This document shows, in pieces, positions 41,370 through 55,580 of a stretch of 64,000 nucleotides of DNA. The DNA is from Felis catus (taxonomy: Eukaryota). The stretch covers positions 17,982,001 to 18,046,000 of the forward strand of contig NC_058369.1 in the NCBI RefSeq assembly GCF_018350175.1. The letters run 5' to 3'. The translations under genes and the position numbers were made by a program. Numbering within the stretch: the first letter of the stretch is position 1; each line of letters opens with the position of its first letter. Below the pieces are notes generated by a model. The model had not been told where the DNA came from and made no database searches. It saw only the letters and a program-made list of their open reading frames with translations.

Positions 41370-42290
41370 TGTTCATTCAACAAATATTAAGCATCTACTG
41401 GGTGCCAGGCACTGTTCCACCTCTGGGGACACAGCCAACACACAGATAAAAACACCAGCTCTCATCCAATAAATATGTAAAACATGTTAGAGAGTGACAG
41501 GAGAAAAATAAGAGAGCTAAGGAGAAAAACAAGGTAGAGAAGGGTGATAAAAAGTGTGTGTGTGGAGGGGGCAGATAAGGCCTCACTGAGAAGGTAACAT
41601 CTGTGTAAAGATCTCAAGGAAATGAGGACAAGTTCAGGGAGTGAGCCATGTGGACATCTCTGTGGGAAGAGCACTGCAAGCAGAGGAACAGTAAATGAAA
41701 ACAAGGCCTTGTGGCAGGTAAAGAGCATGTTTGAGAAATAACCAGGAGACGGGTGTGACTGATGCAGAGCGAGGGGGAAAGATCAGGAAGAGACCAAGTT
41801 GGGGGGCTGGGTGAGAGTGATGCCCAAATCACAGAGGGCATTATAGGTCACAGAACTAGAACTTTTCCCTAGCCAAATGGAGGCAATTTGAAGCTTCTGA
41901 CTGAGAGGTGAAAGAGATCTGACTCATGTTTTTAAAGGTTCATACCGGCTACTGACTGCAGAACAGCCTTGAGGGAAGAGTGGAAGCCAGGAAACTAGTG
42001 CAATTATTCCAGTGCCAAGATGGCAGTGGTTAGGACCAAGGTGGTAACCATGGAGGTGTTGAGAAGTAGTGGAATTCTGGATACATTTTGAAGCCTGAGC
42101 CCATTGGATTTTCTGAAAAACTGAATGTAGGTATGAAAAAATAAGAGATGCTGAGGGTGACCCTCAAGTTTTGGGCCTGAGCCCTCTTGGGAGGATGGAG
42201 CTGCCATAAATTGAGCTGGGGGAAGACTGTGGGTGGAGAAAAATGTTTAAATGGAAATGATCAGGAGCTCACCTTAAGTCTGAGTTGCCT
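41370..42290 (-). mobile_element. L2 element, flanked by MIR halves (41240-41360, 42380-42470)
   Basis: ttcattcaacaaatattaagcatctactgggtgccaggcactgttc L2 end; agcctcagtgtcctcatctgtaaa MIR core. Confidence 0.8.
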
Positions 42291-43741
42291 ACTGAAATCT
42301 ACAAATAAACAATGGCTATAAATGCTGCAGTTCAAACATCAACAATTTAGTAGTGGTGGTGGTGTTATCTACTAAATCAGTGTTGTTGGAAGGATTAAAC
42401 AAGTTCATACATGCAGTATTTAAAACAGTACCTGGCATTTAGTAGGTGCTCAAAAACTTTTATCATTATTACTGATAGTCAATAAATGTTTATTTAACTA
42501 AAAAGAAATAATCAGTGCCTAGTATAGCTGTCATAATTCAGAGACCTAAATCCTGTCTTCACCCTAAAAAAAACTATGTTGCTTAATCTGACAAGAAATA
42601 ACAAAATGTCAAAAGTATTAAGTATTTTAAATTTGTGATATTAAAATGTTAGTAAAAAAAAACTGTTTTAACTTTTAAAAGTCATCAAAAATTTTTACAA
42701 TAACCAGAATAAATTTTTTCAAAATCTACATACCTATTATAGTCATACAATGGGAATAGCGTTTTATTATTAGAATACTGCAGAAATCTTTCATGGACTG
42801 CTCATTTTAAGGTACACTTGAAAGATCATTAAAGCTTGTTTTATAACATCAATCTTTGAAAAATGGTGGTTCATATTTGCTTTTATAAAAATAATTTTGT
42901 AATTATGTAAAAGTTTAAAAATCTGAGTTTTTAAGAAAAGACCAAAAGTGTACCGTAGTCCTGCCATAACCACTGTTAACATTTGGGATATATCCTTCCA
43001 GAGATAATTCTTTGTATTAATAAGTACAAAGATGGATAGATGGATAGATAAATAAATATATATGTGTGTGTATACATATGTATTTTAAAGTTTACTTACT
43101 TTTTTTAGTAATCTCTACACCCAACACGGGGCTCAAACTCACAACCCTGACATCAAGAGTTGCATTCTCTTCTGACTGAACCAACCAAGGGCCCCAGATA
43201 AATATATTTTTTAAGTTATTTTTTTATTTTAGAAAATATACCTCATATAAACAACATTCCATGCCATTAAACTTGGTCCTGTACCATCATTTCCAATGGC
43301 TGAAGAATCTCTTGATTTGAGTACCATAATTTAGCCCCTCGTAATCCTCTAGTTTGGATTATTTAAATTGTTTCCATTTTTTACTATTACAACACCTCAA
43401 TGATCCCTGTTTGTACATCCTCAGGAAGGATCTCAGGAAGGATCCAGTTGTTTGTTAAGTATGAGTTCTCCTTCAGGTAACTGCTGAGTCAGTTGGCTTG
43501 ACTATAGTTAAGGCTCTGACAGCTACAGCTAGGCACCCCTTCTTACCACAACCCCAACTACTCTTGTTTTCATTCTTCTTAATATTTTTCAATCTGGTAA
43601 ATAAAAAAAATAGCATCTTGTTGAGATTTTAATTTGTACTTATTTTAATTATCAGTATGATTAGATTTGGCATATAGAGGAGGAGAAGAGTGAGTGGGGA
43701 ATAAAACAATTCTACCTAATACCTTTGCATTAGTATCTTAC

Positions 43742-43794
43742 CCTTGGATCAGTATCTTCCTCTTCCTCATCAGGGTTATAGGTCTCAGCACAGA
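43742..43794 (-). CDS. PRKAR2A: PRKAR2A coding exon 3 (53 nt): (V)CAETYNPDEEEEDTDPR
   Basis: tttag|TCTGTGCTGAG...GATCCAAGG|gtaaga. Matches the RII-alpha acidic linker; the frame continues from exon 2. Confidence 0.97.
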
Positions 43795-44189
43795 CTAAAT
43801 TTGGAGAGGAAAAAAAATAAAGAGAAAAATGAATAAAACAGATGTAAGCTTTTACGGGAAAAATAGAAGATGAACATAGTTTCCTTTTATTCACTCTTTT
43901 CTAAAGCTGTAGTAATTTTTAAAAGCCTTTTCTTCAATTAACAAATATATTAAGTACCTACTAATGCCAGGCATTCTATCAGGTGCTAAAATGCCAGCTT
44001 CCTAGGGATTGGTAGTCCCAAATAGAAGAGAGTTGATAAAATGTATCACATACTAAATCCTATGGTAATGGCAAGGACAAGTAAGGAGGTGCTATCTTTA
44101 CTGAATTTTAAAGCAAGGGTGGAAAACCACAAAGTACAATATATGCAACATAAACACATATCCATGTGATACTATGGAATTATCATACA

Positions 44190-44435
44190 CAAATACTATA
44201 TGATTTCCCTCGTATGTGGAATTTAAGAAACAAAACAGATGAACATAGGGGAAGGGAAGGAAAAATAAGATAAAAACAGAGAGGGAGGCAAACCTAAATG
44301 GATGATGGGTACTAAGGAGGGCACTTGTTGGGACGAGCACTGGGTGTTACATGTAAGTGATGAATCACTAAATTATATTCCTGAAACCATTATTACACCA
44401 TATGTTAACTAACTCAGATTTAAATTAAAAAATAA
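44190..44435 (+). mobile_element. Short felid L1 3' end with a 5'-truncated SINE (44436-44580) in its tail
   Basis: gtggaatttaagaaacaaaacagatgaacatagggg...gagcactgggtgtt...tatgttaactaac. Confidence 0.85.
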
Positions 44436-44596
44436 GCCCCGCGTTGGACTCTGTGGTAACAGCTCAGAGCCTGGAACCTGCTTCCAACTCTGTGTCTCCC
44501 TCTCTCTGCCCCTCCGCCACTCATGCTCTGTCTCTCTCAAAAACTAAATAAACATAAAAAAAATTGTTTTAATTAAAAAATAAATAAAGGACTGTG

Positions 44597-44598
<2 letters not shown>

Positions 44599-44648
<50 letters not shown>
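44599..44648 (+). repeat. (CA)n microsatellite, about 25 units
   Basis: Seen directly. Confidence 0.97.
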
Positions 44649-44651
<3 letters not shown>

Positions 44652-45597
44652 TATGGATAAATTACAAAAAGAATCAATTAAAATTGCTCAACATCACTAG
44701 GGCGGCTGGATGGCTCAGTCGGTTGAGCGTCCAACTTCAGCTCAGGTCATAATCTCACCGTTTGTTGAGTTGGAACCTGACGATGGCTCTCTGCTGTCAG
44801 CACAGAGCCCACTTCAGATCCTCTGTCTTCCTCTCTCTTTGCCCCTCCCCTGCCTTGCACACACTCTCTCTCTCAAAAATAAACATTAAAAAAAATTGCT
44901 CAGCATCATCATGTACATGAATGACTTTAAAAATAAGAATGAATTTCAAACAAAACATGATACTATGTATCAGTCTCTGTTCTGGGTACAATATTATCTA
45001 AAAACCAACTTGATTTTGTTTTTTAATTTTTTTTAATGTTTATTTATTTTTGACAGAGAGAGAGAGACAGAGCATGAGCAGGGGAGGGGCAGAGAGAGAG
45101 GGAGACACAGAATCCAAAGCAGGCTCCAGGCTCTGAGCTGTCAGCACAGAGCCCAACGCAGGGCTTGAACTCAAAGACCATGAGATCATGACCTGAGCCG
45201 AAGTCGGACGCTCAACCGACTGAGCCACTCAGGGCCCCCCAACTTGATTTTTTTTTATAGGTAACCTGTGTTTGTGCCGGCTTCCTGCAAGACTTGTCTT
45301 TATTGCAATTCAAAGATTTAGAAAATATTCACTGAACATTTGTTTATAATAGCAAAATATCAGAAATGATATAACTACCTATTTGAATAATACAGCTATA
45401 AGGAAAAATGAGGGGGCACCTGGGTGGCTCAGTCAGTTAAGCATCCAACTCTTGATTTCAGCTCAGGTCATGATCTCAGGGTCCTGAGTCAAGCCCGCAC
45501 ATCGTCTGGCTCTCTGTTGGGCTCTCTGCTGGGTGTGGAGTCTGCTTAAGATTCTCTTTCTCTCTCTCTCCCCCTCCTCCCCATACCTGCTGGCTCG

Positions 45598-45601
<4 letters not shown>

Positions 45602-45646
<45 letters not shown>

Positions 45647-45740
45647 AAAGAAAAAGAAAGAAAAGAAAAGAAAAGAAAAGAGAAAAGAAAAGAAAAGAAA
45701 AGAAAAGAAAAGAAAAGAAAAGAAAAGAAAAGAGAAGAAA
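45602..45740 (+). repeat. (CT)n followed by (GAAAA)n, derived from a SINE tail
   Basis: Seen directly at the end of SINE 45412-45645. Confidence 0.95.
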
Positions 45741-47943
45741 GAATAAGGAAGATCTCCATGGGCTAATAATGAGTTCTAGGGGAAAAAAGCAAGGTGAGGA
45801 ATATATATAGTATGCTATGCCTTCCATAAGAAAGGACTTTTATGAGAAAGGAGAGCTAAGAATGGGGAGAAATAAATATGTAAATATGAATATATACACA
45901 AAATGTTTTTTTACTTATCTATTTTTCCAAAGGGAAACAAGAGAAGAATAAACCAGGAAATTAGCACGCAAGGAATCCAAATGGTTCTTGGTCCCTATAC
46001 TCAATGCTAACAACTAGGGGACAAAGTGACACTGCTCTAAATTTAACTCCTGGTTTCTTAAACACATTTACTCACTGCAGCCTTGGTCTACCCGCATCCC
46101 AGCTTCCCCTTCCCATTGATTCTCTGAACTCATGGAATACCTGAGAAATGGTATGTCCTGTAGACAGGACTCCCTTCCCTGCCTGGCCTATAGTACTCTA
46201 GTGTGGACCACACCTCTTGCACTGTAATGCCATCAATATTCTGCCTGTCCAACAGGGACCCAATATCCTTACACAGAGAAAAATCAGGGAGTTAGAGGGA
46301 GAAAGAGGACAAATACCATTCTAGTCCCTAAAAAAGCATCAAGTGATGCTCTGCAGGGAGGTCTCCTGAGTTCCTAGCTGGCAGAGGCTTTGGGTAGCTG
46401 AGCCAGGTAAGCGACAATGGAGGTAGATAAATGCCTTTTCCCAGCCATTCCTGATTCCACAAGATGAGGTCAGTGTACATTTATCTCAGATCTGTTCTAA
46501 AGATTAAGACACACAGCTTCCTGAGTTCCTAGATGCTACTGCTGCCACTTTTTGCTTCTTCACAGGTATCTCAGTAGGAAATCTGAGGGAAGCTGCACTG
46601 AGGGCAGACACCATGTTAAACTGCAAGCCTCTTGGTTCTCTGTGCTCTTGATTAATGTTGTCATTAACAGCCCAGTTTTCTAAACTAGAAATCTGTAACT
46701 TATCAGGGCTTCCTTCGTTCACCTTTTATCCAATGAATACATCAAATTCGACTTCAGAAATATTCTCATATCTGATCTTTATTCGATCTATTCCAATTCC
46801 TTGGTCCGGGAACTCAAAATGTCTTCTTAGAAAAATGCATTTAAAAACTTTCAATTTGGAGACAGATGGGTACATAGGTATTATTATACAAACTTTCTCT
46901 ATTTCTGCATATGTATGAAAATTTTCATTTAAAAAGTTTAAAATAGTAAGCCTTCAATGATGAGACTGACAGCATTTTACTGATAATGATACAGTCTCAG
47001 ACTAGCCTATTTCCAGGCTTGCTTTTCCTCTGATTTTGAAGGGAAGTACTTCAGCAACTTAGCTTACTTTTATATTTTTAGACATTAACGTAAGTGATGC
47101 AGCAAATGTTACAGTTTTAAAGTCTTAAGGTACAGAAGTATGATTTAAACAAAAGTAGTTATTCCCAGTAAAATTACTGATGTTTCAATTTGTGGAAAAG
47201 TATTATGCTTTTATTTTTCAAAACTGGTTTTGAATTTTTTCCCTTTTCTTTTGAACTTCAGACTTACCTCCCTTTGCCTTTTCCCTGTTTCCACCCAACC
47301 TCTCTACTTCTTCCTGGTCTTGATCCCAGATCATTTTTCTCATCTTCTATATAAAGAATCCATTGTTAAGTGTCTATGTGATTGTTGCCCCTTGTGTTTA
47401 TACACATCAGGGAGCTTGTTTCAGTGCACAAGTGACCTGGGAGAAGCCCAGAGTCTGTGTGATCCCCTCTGAAGCCTCAAGAACTACACTGAGTGTCATG
47501 AGATGCTCAAGACCTACTGAAAATGAAGACTGAAAGAGTAGTACAATCCCTTGTTCACGGGAATTTGTTTTGCCACAGTTCTCCAGCAGGTGTCACTGGT
47601 TAGCAACATGAAACTGTACAAAGTGACCAGAGACTATCCAGCACAATTTCTTCTTCCAAATTTTAACTGATGGCTTCCTTCATCCAGAATGTGAATCATT
47701 TTTTAAAATATTTTACTTTTAAGTAATCTCTAGACCCAATGTGGGGCTTGGACTTATGACCCTGAGATCAAAAAGTCACACGCTCCACTGACTGAGCTAG
47801 CCAGGTCTCTCCAGAAAGGTGAATCATTAAATGTGCTGGTGAAAGAAAACCCTTTCATTTCTACAAAGAAATGAGCCGGATCCTGGTCACAGCCTGAGAC
47901 CCTATGCTGTCCTGCGAGCTCCCATGAAGAATTAACTCAGCCT

Positions 47944-48168
47944 GTGCGTATTAGTCAGCTTGGGCTGCCATTACAAAATACCAGTCTGAGTGGCTTAAAG
48001 AACAGAAATCTATTTCCTCACAGTTATGAAGGATGGAAGTTCAAGATCAAGGTATTGGCACATTGTTTTTCTCCTGGGGCTTCTTCACTTGGCTTGTGGA
48101 TGGCTGCCTTCTTGCTGAGTCCTCACATGGTCCTTTGTCTCTATGGTGCACTCATGGTGTCTTTTCCT

Positions 48169-48209
<41 letters not shown>

Positions 48210-48492
48210 TTTTTTTTTTAAGTAGGCTCCATGCCCAACTAAGGGCTCCAACTCAGACCCTGAGATCAAGACATGAGCTGAGATCAAGAGTCAGATACTT
48301 AACCAAAAATAGCTACCCTACTTCCTCTTCTTATAAGGAAATCAGTCCTACTGGATTAGGACTCCACCCTTAACACCTTACTTAACCTTAACTGCCTCTT
48401 TTTTTTCAAAGGCCCTATTTCCACATACAGTCATACTGGGGGGTTAGGCTTCAACATAAGAATTTGAGGGGGACACAATTCAGTACTTAACA
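47944..48492 (-). mobile_element. MLT1A-type (MaLR) solo LTR interrupted by a SINE fragment
   Basis: tattagtcagcttgggctgccattacaaaatacca...ggcttcaacataagaatttgaggg...acacaattcagt termini. Confidence 0.85.
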
Positions 48493-49643
48493 CTGGATTT
48501 GTAAGTTATCTTAAGTAATGTTTGGTGATATTTCAGCTGAAGATAGCTATTGGTGGAAAAAATCCTGAATACTGTGAAAGGATATTAAGACAAAAATCAG
48601 TATTCCACTGTAAGTACGTAAGCCTGAAAAGGCAGAGACACCTGGTGAAGGAAAAGCACCTATCACACAGACATGAGTGACTACCATGGCACCAGATTCT
48701 CAGCAGACTCTACTGACTGGGCACGTTCATCAGATGCTCCCTGCCTAAACGTGGCATGATGCCAACACACAAATTTCTGATGAAAATGCTTGGAAGCTTC
48801 AACATGTGTTTAATAAATGAAAGGGTTTTCTGGGGATGACATTTTTTAATTAACAGAATCAGACTAACATTTCAAACTCAAAGACAGTTAATACTACTTT
48901 AGGACTATTTCAAGAAAGCCGCTTTTAAAGAATTTATGAACTCTCTTCATTTGATGAATTTATCACATGATGTAAAAGGACTGCTGTGCTAGAACTTAAA
49001 CTTGGAAGGCATAGCTTTCAATCCCAAATGCTTTGCAATGGAGAGGCAGCGTCAAGCAGGGAAAGACCTCACCTCTGAACGTGCACTGGGGTCTGAGCTT
49101 GGCCCTACCCACCACTATTCACTATTTCCCTATATCCTAGATCTTTGGTCTGTCTCTTCAGTGGTTAAGAGATGGGATAGTGATACTAAAACCATGTAAA
49201 AGGTTAATAATAGGAGGAGATATATTTAAAACACAGGGCTGGGCTCACAGGACATACTCAGTAACTGCTAGGTCTCTTTATGCTGCTTTACATTCCAAAT
49301 TATCATTCGGTCAGACACACTGAGTTATCGTTGGAAGTCTTCTGCAATCTCTGACACAGCACATGTCTTCACACAACTAGTTATTGCTAAACTCTATGGA
49401 TCACATAAGGAGCCCCATTCCCTACCTCTCTCGCCAAACTTCTTTTATCTCCTCACCTACAGCCAGAGCAGCAAGATCTAGTTCATCCCCCTTTGAGTCT
49501 TAAGACATCCTTTTACCTAGAATGCATCCTTCTTGGTACTAGCCAGACAGTAGCCATGTTTTACAACCTCCAGTGCAATTTCTGCCTCCTTCAAAGAAGT
49601 GTCTCTTGATTTTATTTCTGCCCACAGTAATTTCTCCTCCGGA

Positions 49644-49675
<32 letters not shown>

Positions 49676-49929
49676 TTAACTTTTTATGTTTATTTACTTT
49701 TTGAGAGAGAGAGACAGAGACAGAGTGTGAGCAGGGGAGGGCCAGAGAGGGATGGAGACACAGAATGTGAAGCAGGTTCCAGGCTCTGAGCTGTCAGCAC
49801 AGAGCCCGATGTGGGGCTCAAACCCACAGCTGTGAGATCATGACCTGAGCTGAAGTCAGACGCCCAACCGACTGAGCCACCCAGGTGCTCCTCTCCTCTG
49901 GATTTCTAACCTGTTCTTTTGTTCCTTCC

Positions 49930-50054
49930 TTCTATCCATCCATCCACATTTACTGACATTGTTCTAAGTGTTAACTATATGCATCAATGAACAAAACAGA
50001 CAAAAATTCTCTGATTGGAGCTTACCTTCTGGCATAGGGAGCTAGATAATAGGA

Positions 50055-50107
<53 letters not shown>

Positions 50108-51540
50108 CAGTAAGGAGAAAATAAAGTAAGGGAGATAGGGTGTGTGTGTGTGTGTACTGAACCTTACTAAAGACCTAAGTGAGAAGAAGTCTTTCAAGTG
50201 ACAGTCTAAAGGATATAAATAATCCACAAAGATGGTTTTGAGGAGATTTGGGAGCAAAAGTCTGATTAGACTGGCCTCAAGAGAGAACAGAAGAAGAAAA
50301 ACTAGATACAGCAAATATGGACAACTCCTTCAAGGAATCTGCTATAAAGATAGACAAAAAAAGTGGTGGCTGGAGAGTAAAGAGTGGTTTAAAAAAGTCG
50401 TATTTTATTTTTTACGAAAGGGAAGTCAATGCTACATTTTTTTGCTGAGAATAATAATCCAGTTGAAGGATGCAGATTATGCAGGAGAAAGGCAGTAACT
50501 GCTGGAAGGATGAAGGGATGAGATCTAATGTATAGGTGGACACGGGACTCAAATGCAAGTAAGGAAGGACAGATGTGGTAGGAGTCTATGGAAACTATCT
50601 TCTGTTGCTTTTATTTCCTTAGTTAAGAGAACAAAATCATCTGCCAGGAATGAGAATTTGGGAGGAGGTACAGGTTTGGGGAGAGAGAAGGTAAGAAATG
50701 CTTATCTAGGAGAGCGAGTGAAAGAAGTATGGAGACACAGTATGAATGCTGGCATCTAAAGCCTACTAGAAGTTAATGATCAGGTACTCAAAGTACGGTC
50801 AGCCAACGGGCCTGTGTATTTTCCCTCAATCAAGTACAGCTGTGGTGCACATACAGCCTAAGAGGACAGTTGGGATTAACCAGAATGTGTTTTAGACAAG
50901 CAAGGAAAAAAGAAAAAGGAAACTGAGGATATGTGCCACAGAGTGGTTATAATCACTGAGCAAGGAATTTAAGGTTAGTAAAAGACGAAGTGAGGAACAG
51001 TAAAAATGAAGCAAGATCAAGTTGTCAGCGGTGGAGCAGGGCAGCAAAAGAGCCCAGGCAACAGCAGGCAGCGGGAGACTGGGATCGCCGAGTATGAGGA
51101 GTTGTGATGCCCGTCGTTCCAGAGTATGACCACGGGGGTGAGTGGTTGAAGTAGGGTGGAAGACAAGAGGTGAAGAAATGGAGGGCAAGATTTGAAGAAT
51201 TATCTAGATGGAAATAAGAAGAAACAGCCCATGGATTATTAGATAACTAAAACAAGGAAGAGAAGCGACTGACAGAATATAATAACGTGAGGTTTGAAGG
51301 CGAGGGTTTTAGGGAGGAGGGAGAGAGAATGGTTTGGAAGCAATAAGGAACAACAGAAACATTCACCCATCTATCATCAATGTTACAAGGAAAATGGAAG
51401 AGAAGAACCATCATCTGAGAAGCCTGTAGGGCAAGCCAAGCTTCAGCTAGATCAGGAAAATAATACACTCCAAGAATAGGCTGAGATTTTAGGGGATTTA
51501 GATGAAAACTGACTGAGAGGGTCAGAGGGTACAAGGAAGG
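49930..51540 (-). mobile_element. Degraded L2 with internal (GA)n at 50060-50104
   Basis: catccatccacatttactga start and purine-rich L2-like body. Confidence 0.6.
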
Positions 51541-53299
51541 GTTCTTAGAGATAGAAAGTACTCAGGACAGTGCTACCTTTGGGTACATTATCACCTTGAC
51601 TGTTCGAGTGACTTAACCTCTGCTTTGTCCTCAGTTTCTGCATCTGTCCACTGGGGATAATCATGGCGTGTACCTCATAGTACTAATGTGAGGATTATGT
51701 TCAAGGACATAAGGAAGGCAATTAGAGAGATCTTAAAATGTGTACCTACCACACAGTCTGCACTAAAAAAATGTTAGTTATTCCCACAGGCTATTTTCTC
51801 TCCTGCATAATCATTTTGATTCTTCTAAGAATCTTTTACTGTCACTTAACATTTGAATAATATTAAAAAGTTTTTTAATTTTTTTTAACATTTATTTATT
51901 ATTGAGACACAGAGAGACACAGAGCATGAGCAGGGGAGGGGTAGAGAGAGGGGGAAACACAGAATCTGAAGTAGGCTCCAGGCTCTGAGCTGTCAACACA
52001 GAGCCCGATGTGGGGCTCGAACTCACAAACTGCGAGATCATGACCCGAGCTGAAGTTGGTCGCTTAACCAACTGAGCAACCCAGACGCCCCAATATTGAA
52101 AAGTTTTAGGGGCGCCTGGGTGGCTCAGTCGGTTAAGCGGCCGACTTCGGCTCAGGTCATGATCTCACGGTCCGTGAGTTTGAGCCCCGCGTCGGGCTCT
52201 GTGCTGACAGCTCAGAGCCTGGAGCCTGTTTCAGATTCTGTGTCTCCTTCTCTCTGACCCTCCCCCGTTCATGCTCTGTCTCTCTCTGTCTCAAAAATAA
52301 ATAAACGTTAAAAAAATAAAAATAAAAATAAAAAAATAAATTAATTAATTAAAAGTTTTAAATCTTCAATAAGACTGTAAACTCTAAGGAGGAGGGATAA
52401 TATCATGTACTTGTCTGGGTTCTCCACAGAGTTCAAGGCCTGAACAACACTGACAGAAAGCCCAAGCAGCAATTCATGAACTAACACCACCTGTGACCTC
52501 TGCAGAAGATGTCACTGTACTCTCTCATCTCCGAGATCTGTCTTACACATGTCAAGAGATATCACTAATTGTCTGGGGAAAAAGGGGTATAGGGCAAGGA
52601 TAAACAGAAATGGGAGATAATAGTGCATATAGATCTCACACCAACCTTAACTGCCACTCTATTTCTTCTCTGTAGCTGTCTCTCTACACATAAGAACATA
52701 TTTTTTTCTATCTCCTTTCAACAGACTTTGGTGTACAACTTACCAAAGGCTTTCTGAAACATAAATGAGCAGATTTTCTCAAAGAAAAGGATTGAGGGAT
52801 AGAAAAGGGATTCCAAGTGTTACTAGAAATTAGGTCATGTGATAGTTTAAAATCAAGAAACCTTCCCAAGAATGAAGAGATATGAAAGAATGATGTGAGG
52901 GGTGCCTGGGGGGCTCAGTTGGTTGAGCGTCTGACTCTTGACTTAGGCTCAGGTCATGATCTCAGGGTTTGTGAAAATGAGCCCCAAGTCAGGCTCTGCA
53001 CTGACAGCACAGAACCTGCTTGGGATTCTCTCTCCCTAACTCTCTCTCTGTCTCTCTGTCTCTTTCTTTCTCTGCCCTGCCCCGCTCAAATGTGAGCATA
53101 CACACTCTCTTTCTTTCTCAAAATAAATAAATAAACATAAAAAAAAAAAAAAAGAATGAGGAACACCTGGGTGGCTCAGTCAGTTAAGCATCCGCCTTCG
53201 GCTCAGGTCATAATCCCACAGTTCAGGAGTTGGAGCCCTGTGTCAGGCTCTGTGTAGACAGCTCAGAGCCTGGAGCCTGCTTCAGATTCTGCATCTCTC

Positions 53300-53347
<48 letters not shown>

Positions 53348-54224
53348 CTTCCCCCAACCTGCACTCTGTCTCTCTCTCAAAAATAAACGTTAAAAAAAAA
53401 AAAATGATGTGATACATACAGCTCACATAGTAATTCTAAAACACATTAACCTCCCTACTATACAATCATAGAAACTCTAAATGTATCCAAAACTCAAACA
53501 TTTTACTTATAAGGAAACTTGCAGAAAATATATTTATCAGTTCTATAAAAAAAAGGAGGACTCTTCTTAGCTTCAGAGAAATCATGAAAAAAAAGAAGAT
53601 ATATATATTCAATAAATATTTAGTGAGTGCTTGCTATGTGCTAGGCAGTGTTCGTGGTACCAGTAGTCACATATTAAAATTCGAGTCAATAAAAAATAGC
53701 AAAATTAAAATAAGCAGCACAACCAACTTGGGAAATGTTGCATTGAAACTTTCAAAAGGTTAAAAATGATGACAGAAATTTGCTCAAACTTACAAAAAAA
53801 TAATCGCGATCATAATAGATAAAAGAGAAAAATACTACCAAACTAGTCCCATAGGAGAAAATAAAAACACATTTCTCATAGTTGGAAAACACTCATTTTT
53901 GTTAATAATCAAAGGAGTGCCAAATAAAACAATCTGAGGTACTACTTTACATCTAAATTAAAGTAGTAGGCACCACCTATATCAGTGAGACGGTGGCAGA
54001 AGAGAGGCCTTTGTAGGGTGTTCTTTCTCCCTGCAGTCTATTCTGTAGAATGCCTCTGGAAAGCAATACACAGAAAAATCCAGGCAACGCTAAAGTCTCC
54101 AACCAGAGAGTGCTACTCAGCACTATAACTGAGGAAATAATTTTAGTGGTTCAACAGTGTATGCAAGAAGTTAATACAGCATAATCTAGAATACCAGAGA
54201 AATAGCAATACAAAAAGTAGTTTT

Positions 54225-54661
54225 TATGAATAGACATTTTTCCAAAGAAGACATCCAGACGGCCAACAGACACATGAAAAGATGCTCAATATCGTTTATC
54301 ATCAGGGAAATACAAATCAAAACTACAGTGATGTATCACCTCACACCTGTCAGAATGGCTAAAATCAACAACACAAGAAACAAAAGGCATTGGCAAGGAT
54401 GTAGAGAAAGGGGAGCCCTCTTACACTGTTGATGGGAATGAGAATGGTGCAGCCACTCTGGAACACAGTATGGAAGTTCCTCAAAAAGTTAAAAATAGGC
54501 ACGCCTGGGTGGCTCAGTTGGTTAGGCGCCCGACTTCAGCTCAGGTCATGATGATCTTGAGGTCCATGAGTCTGTGCTGACAGCTCAGAGCCTGGAGCCT
54601 GCTTCATACTCTTTGTCTCCCTTTTGCTCTCTGTTCCTCCCCAGATCACACTCTGTCTCTG

Positions 54662-54693
<32 letters not shown>

Positions 54694-55159
54694 AAAAATA
54701 AACATTAAAAAAAAAAAGTTAAAAACAGGACTACCCTAGAATCCAGCAACCACACTACTAGGTATTTATTTACCCAAAGAATACAAAAATACTAATTCAT
54801 CTCTCTTCCTCCGCCCCACTTGTACTCTGCCTCTCAAATAAGTGTTAAAAAAAATTTTTTTTAAATACTAATTCATAGGGATACATGCACCCCAATGTTT
54901 ATAGCAGCATTATCTACAATAGCGAAATTATGTGAATGGCCCAAGTGTCCATCAATTGATGAATGGATAAGTAAGATGAGGTGTTTATATACAATGGAAT
55001 ATTACTCAACCATAAAAAAGAATGGACTCTTGCCATTTGCAATGACATGGATGGAGCTAAGTGAAATAAGTCAGTCACAGAAAGACTAAGAAGCATATGA
55101 ATTCACTTACATTGGAATTTAACATGTGGAATTTAACAAAACAAATGAGCAAATCATTG

Positions 55160-55191
<32 letters not shown>

Positions 55192-55335
55192 GGAGGCAAA
55201 CCAAGAAACAGACTCTTAGCCATAGAGAACAAACTTATGATTACCAGAGGGTAAGTGGGTGGGGGGATGGGTTAAACAGGTGATACGGATTAAGAAGTAC
55301 ACTTGTTGCAATGAGCTATATGCAAGTGTTGACAA
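54225..55335 (+). mobile_element. 5'-truncated carnivore L1 with two nested SINEs
   Basis: ORFs 54226 ([11 protein letters not shown]...YHLTPVRMA) and 54895 (MFIAALSTIAK...) are the L1 ORF2 C-terminus. TSD aaaaagtagtttt at 54212 and 55336. Confidence 0.92.
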
Positions 55336-55580
55336 AAAAAGTAGTTTTCAGAAGTCATAATTATGAACATGGAAAAATACTAATGACATAAATGAGACAA
55401 ACTAATATGTACATATATACTCAGAACTTGAAACAGAATGGAGGAATTGCAGGTAATTTTTATAATGTTCTGTAATGCTGCTAACTTATCTTTTTATTTA
55501 CAAGATCAGTTTATTTTTATTTAAAATAATCCCATCTTAAAACAGCATTTTGGCAGTATGTTATGAAAGAGAAAACATAC

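Noticed and set aside
43420..43443. 12-bp tandem duplication ctcaggaaggat, with similar micro-duplications near 33064 and 63025
   Set aside because: Ordinary slippage duplications in old repeats with no evident function.
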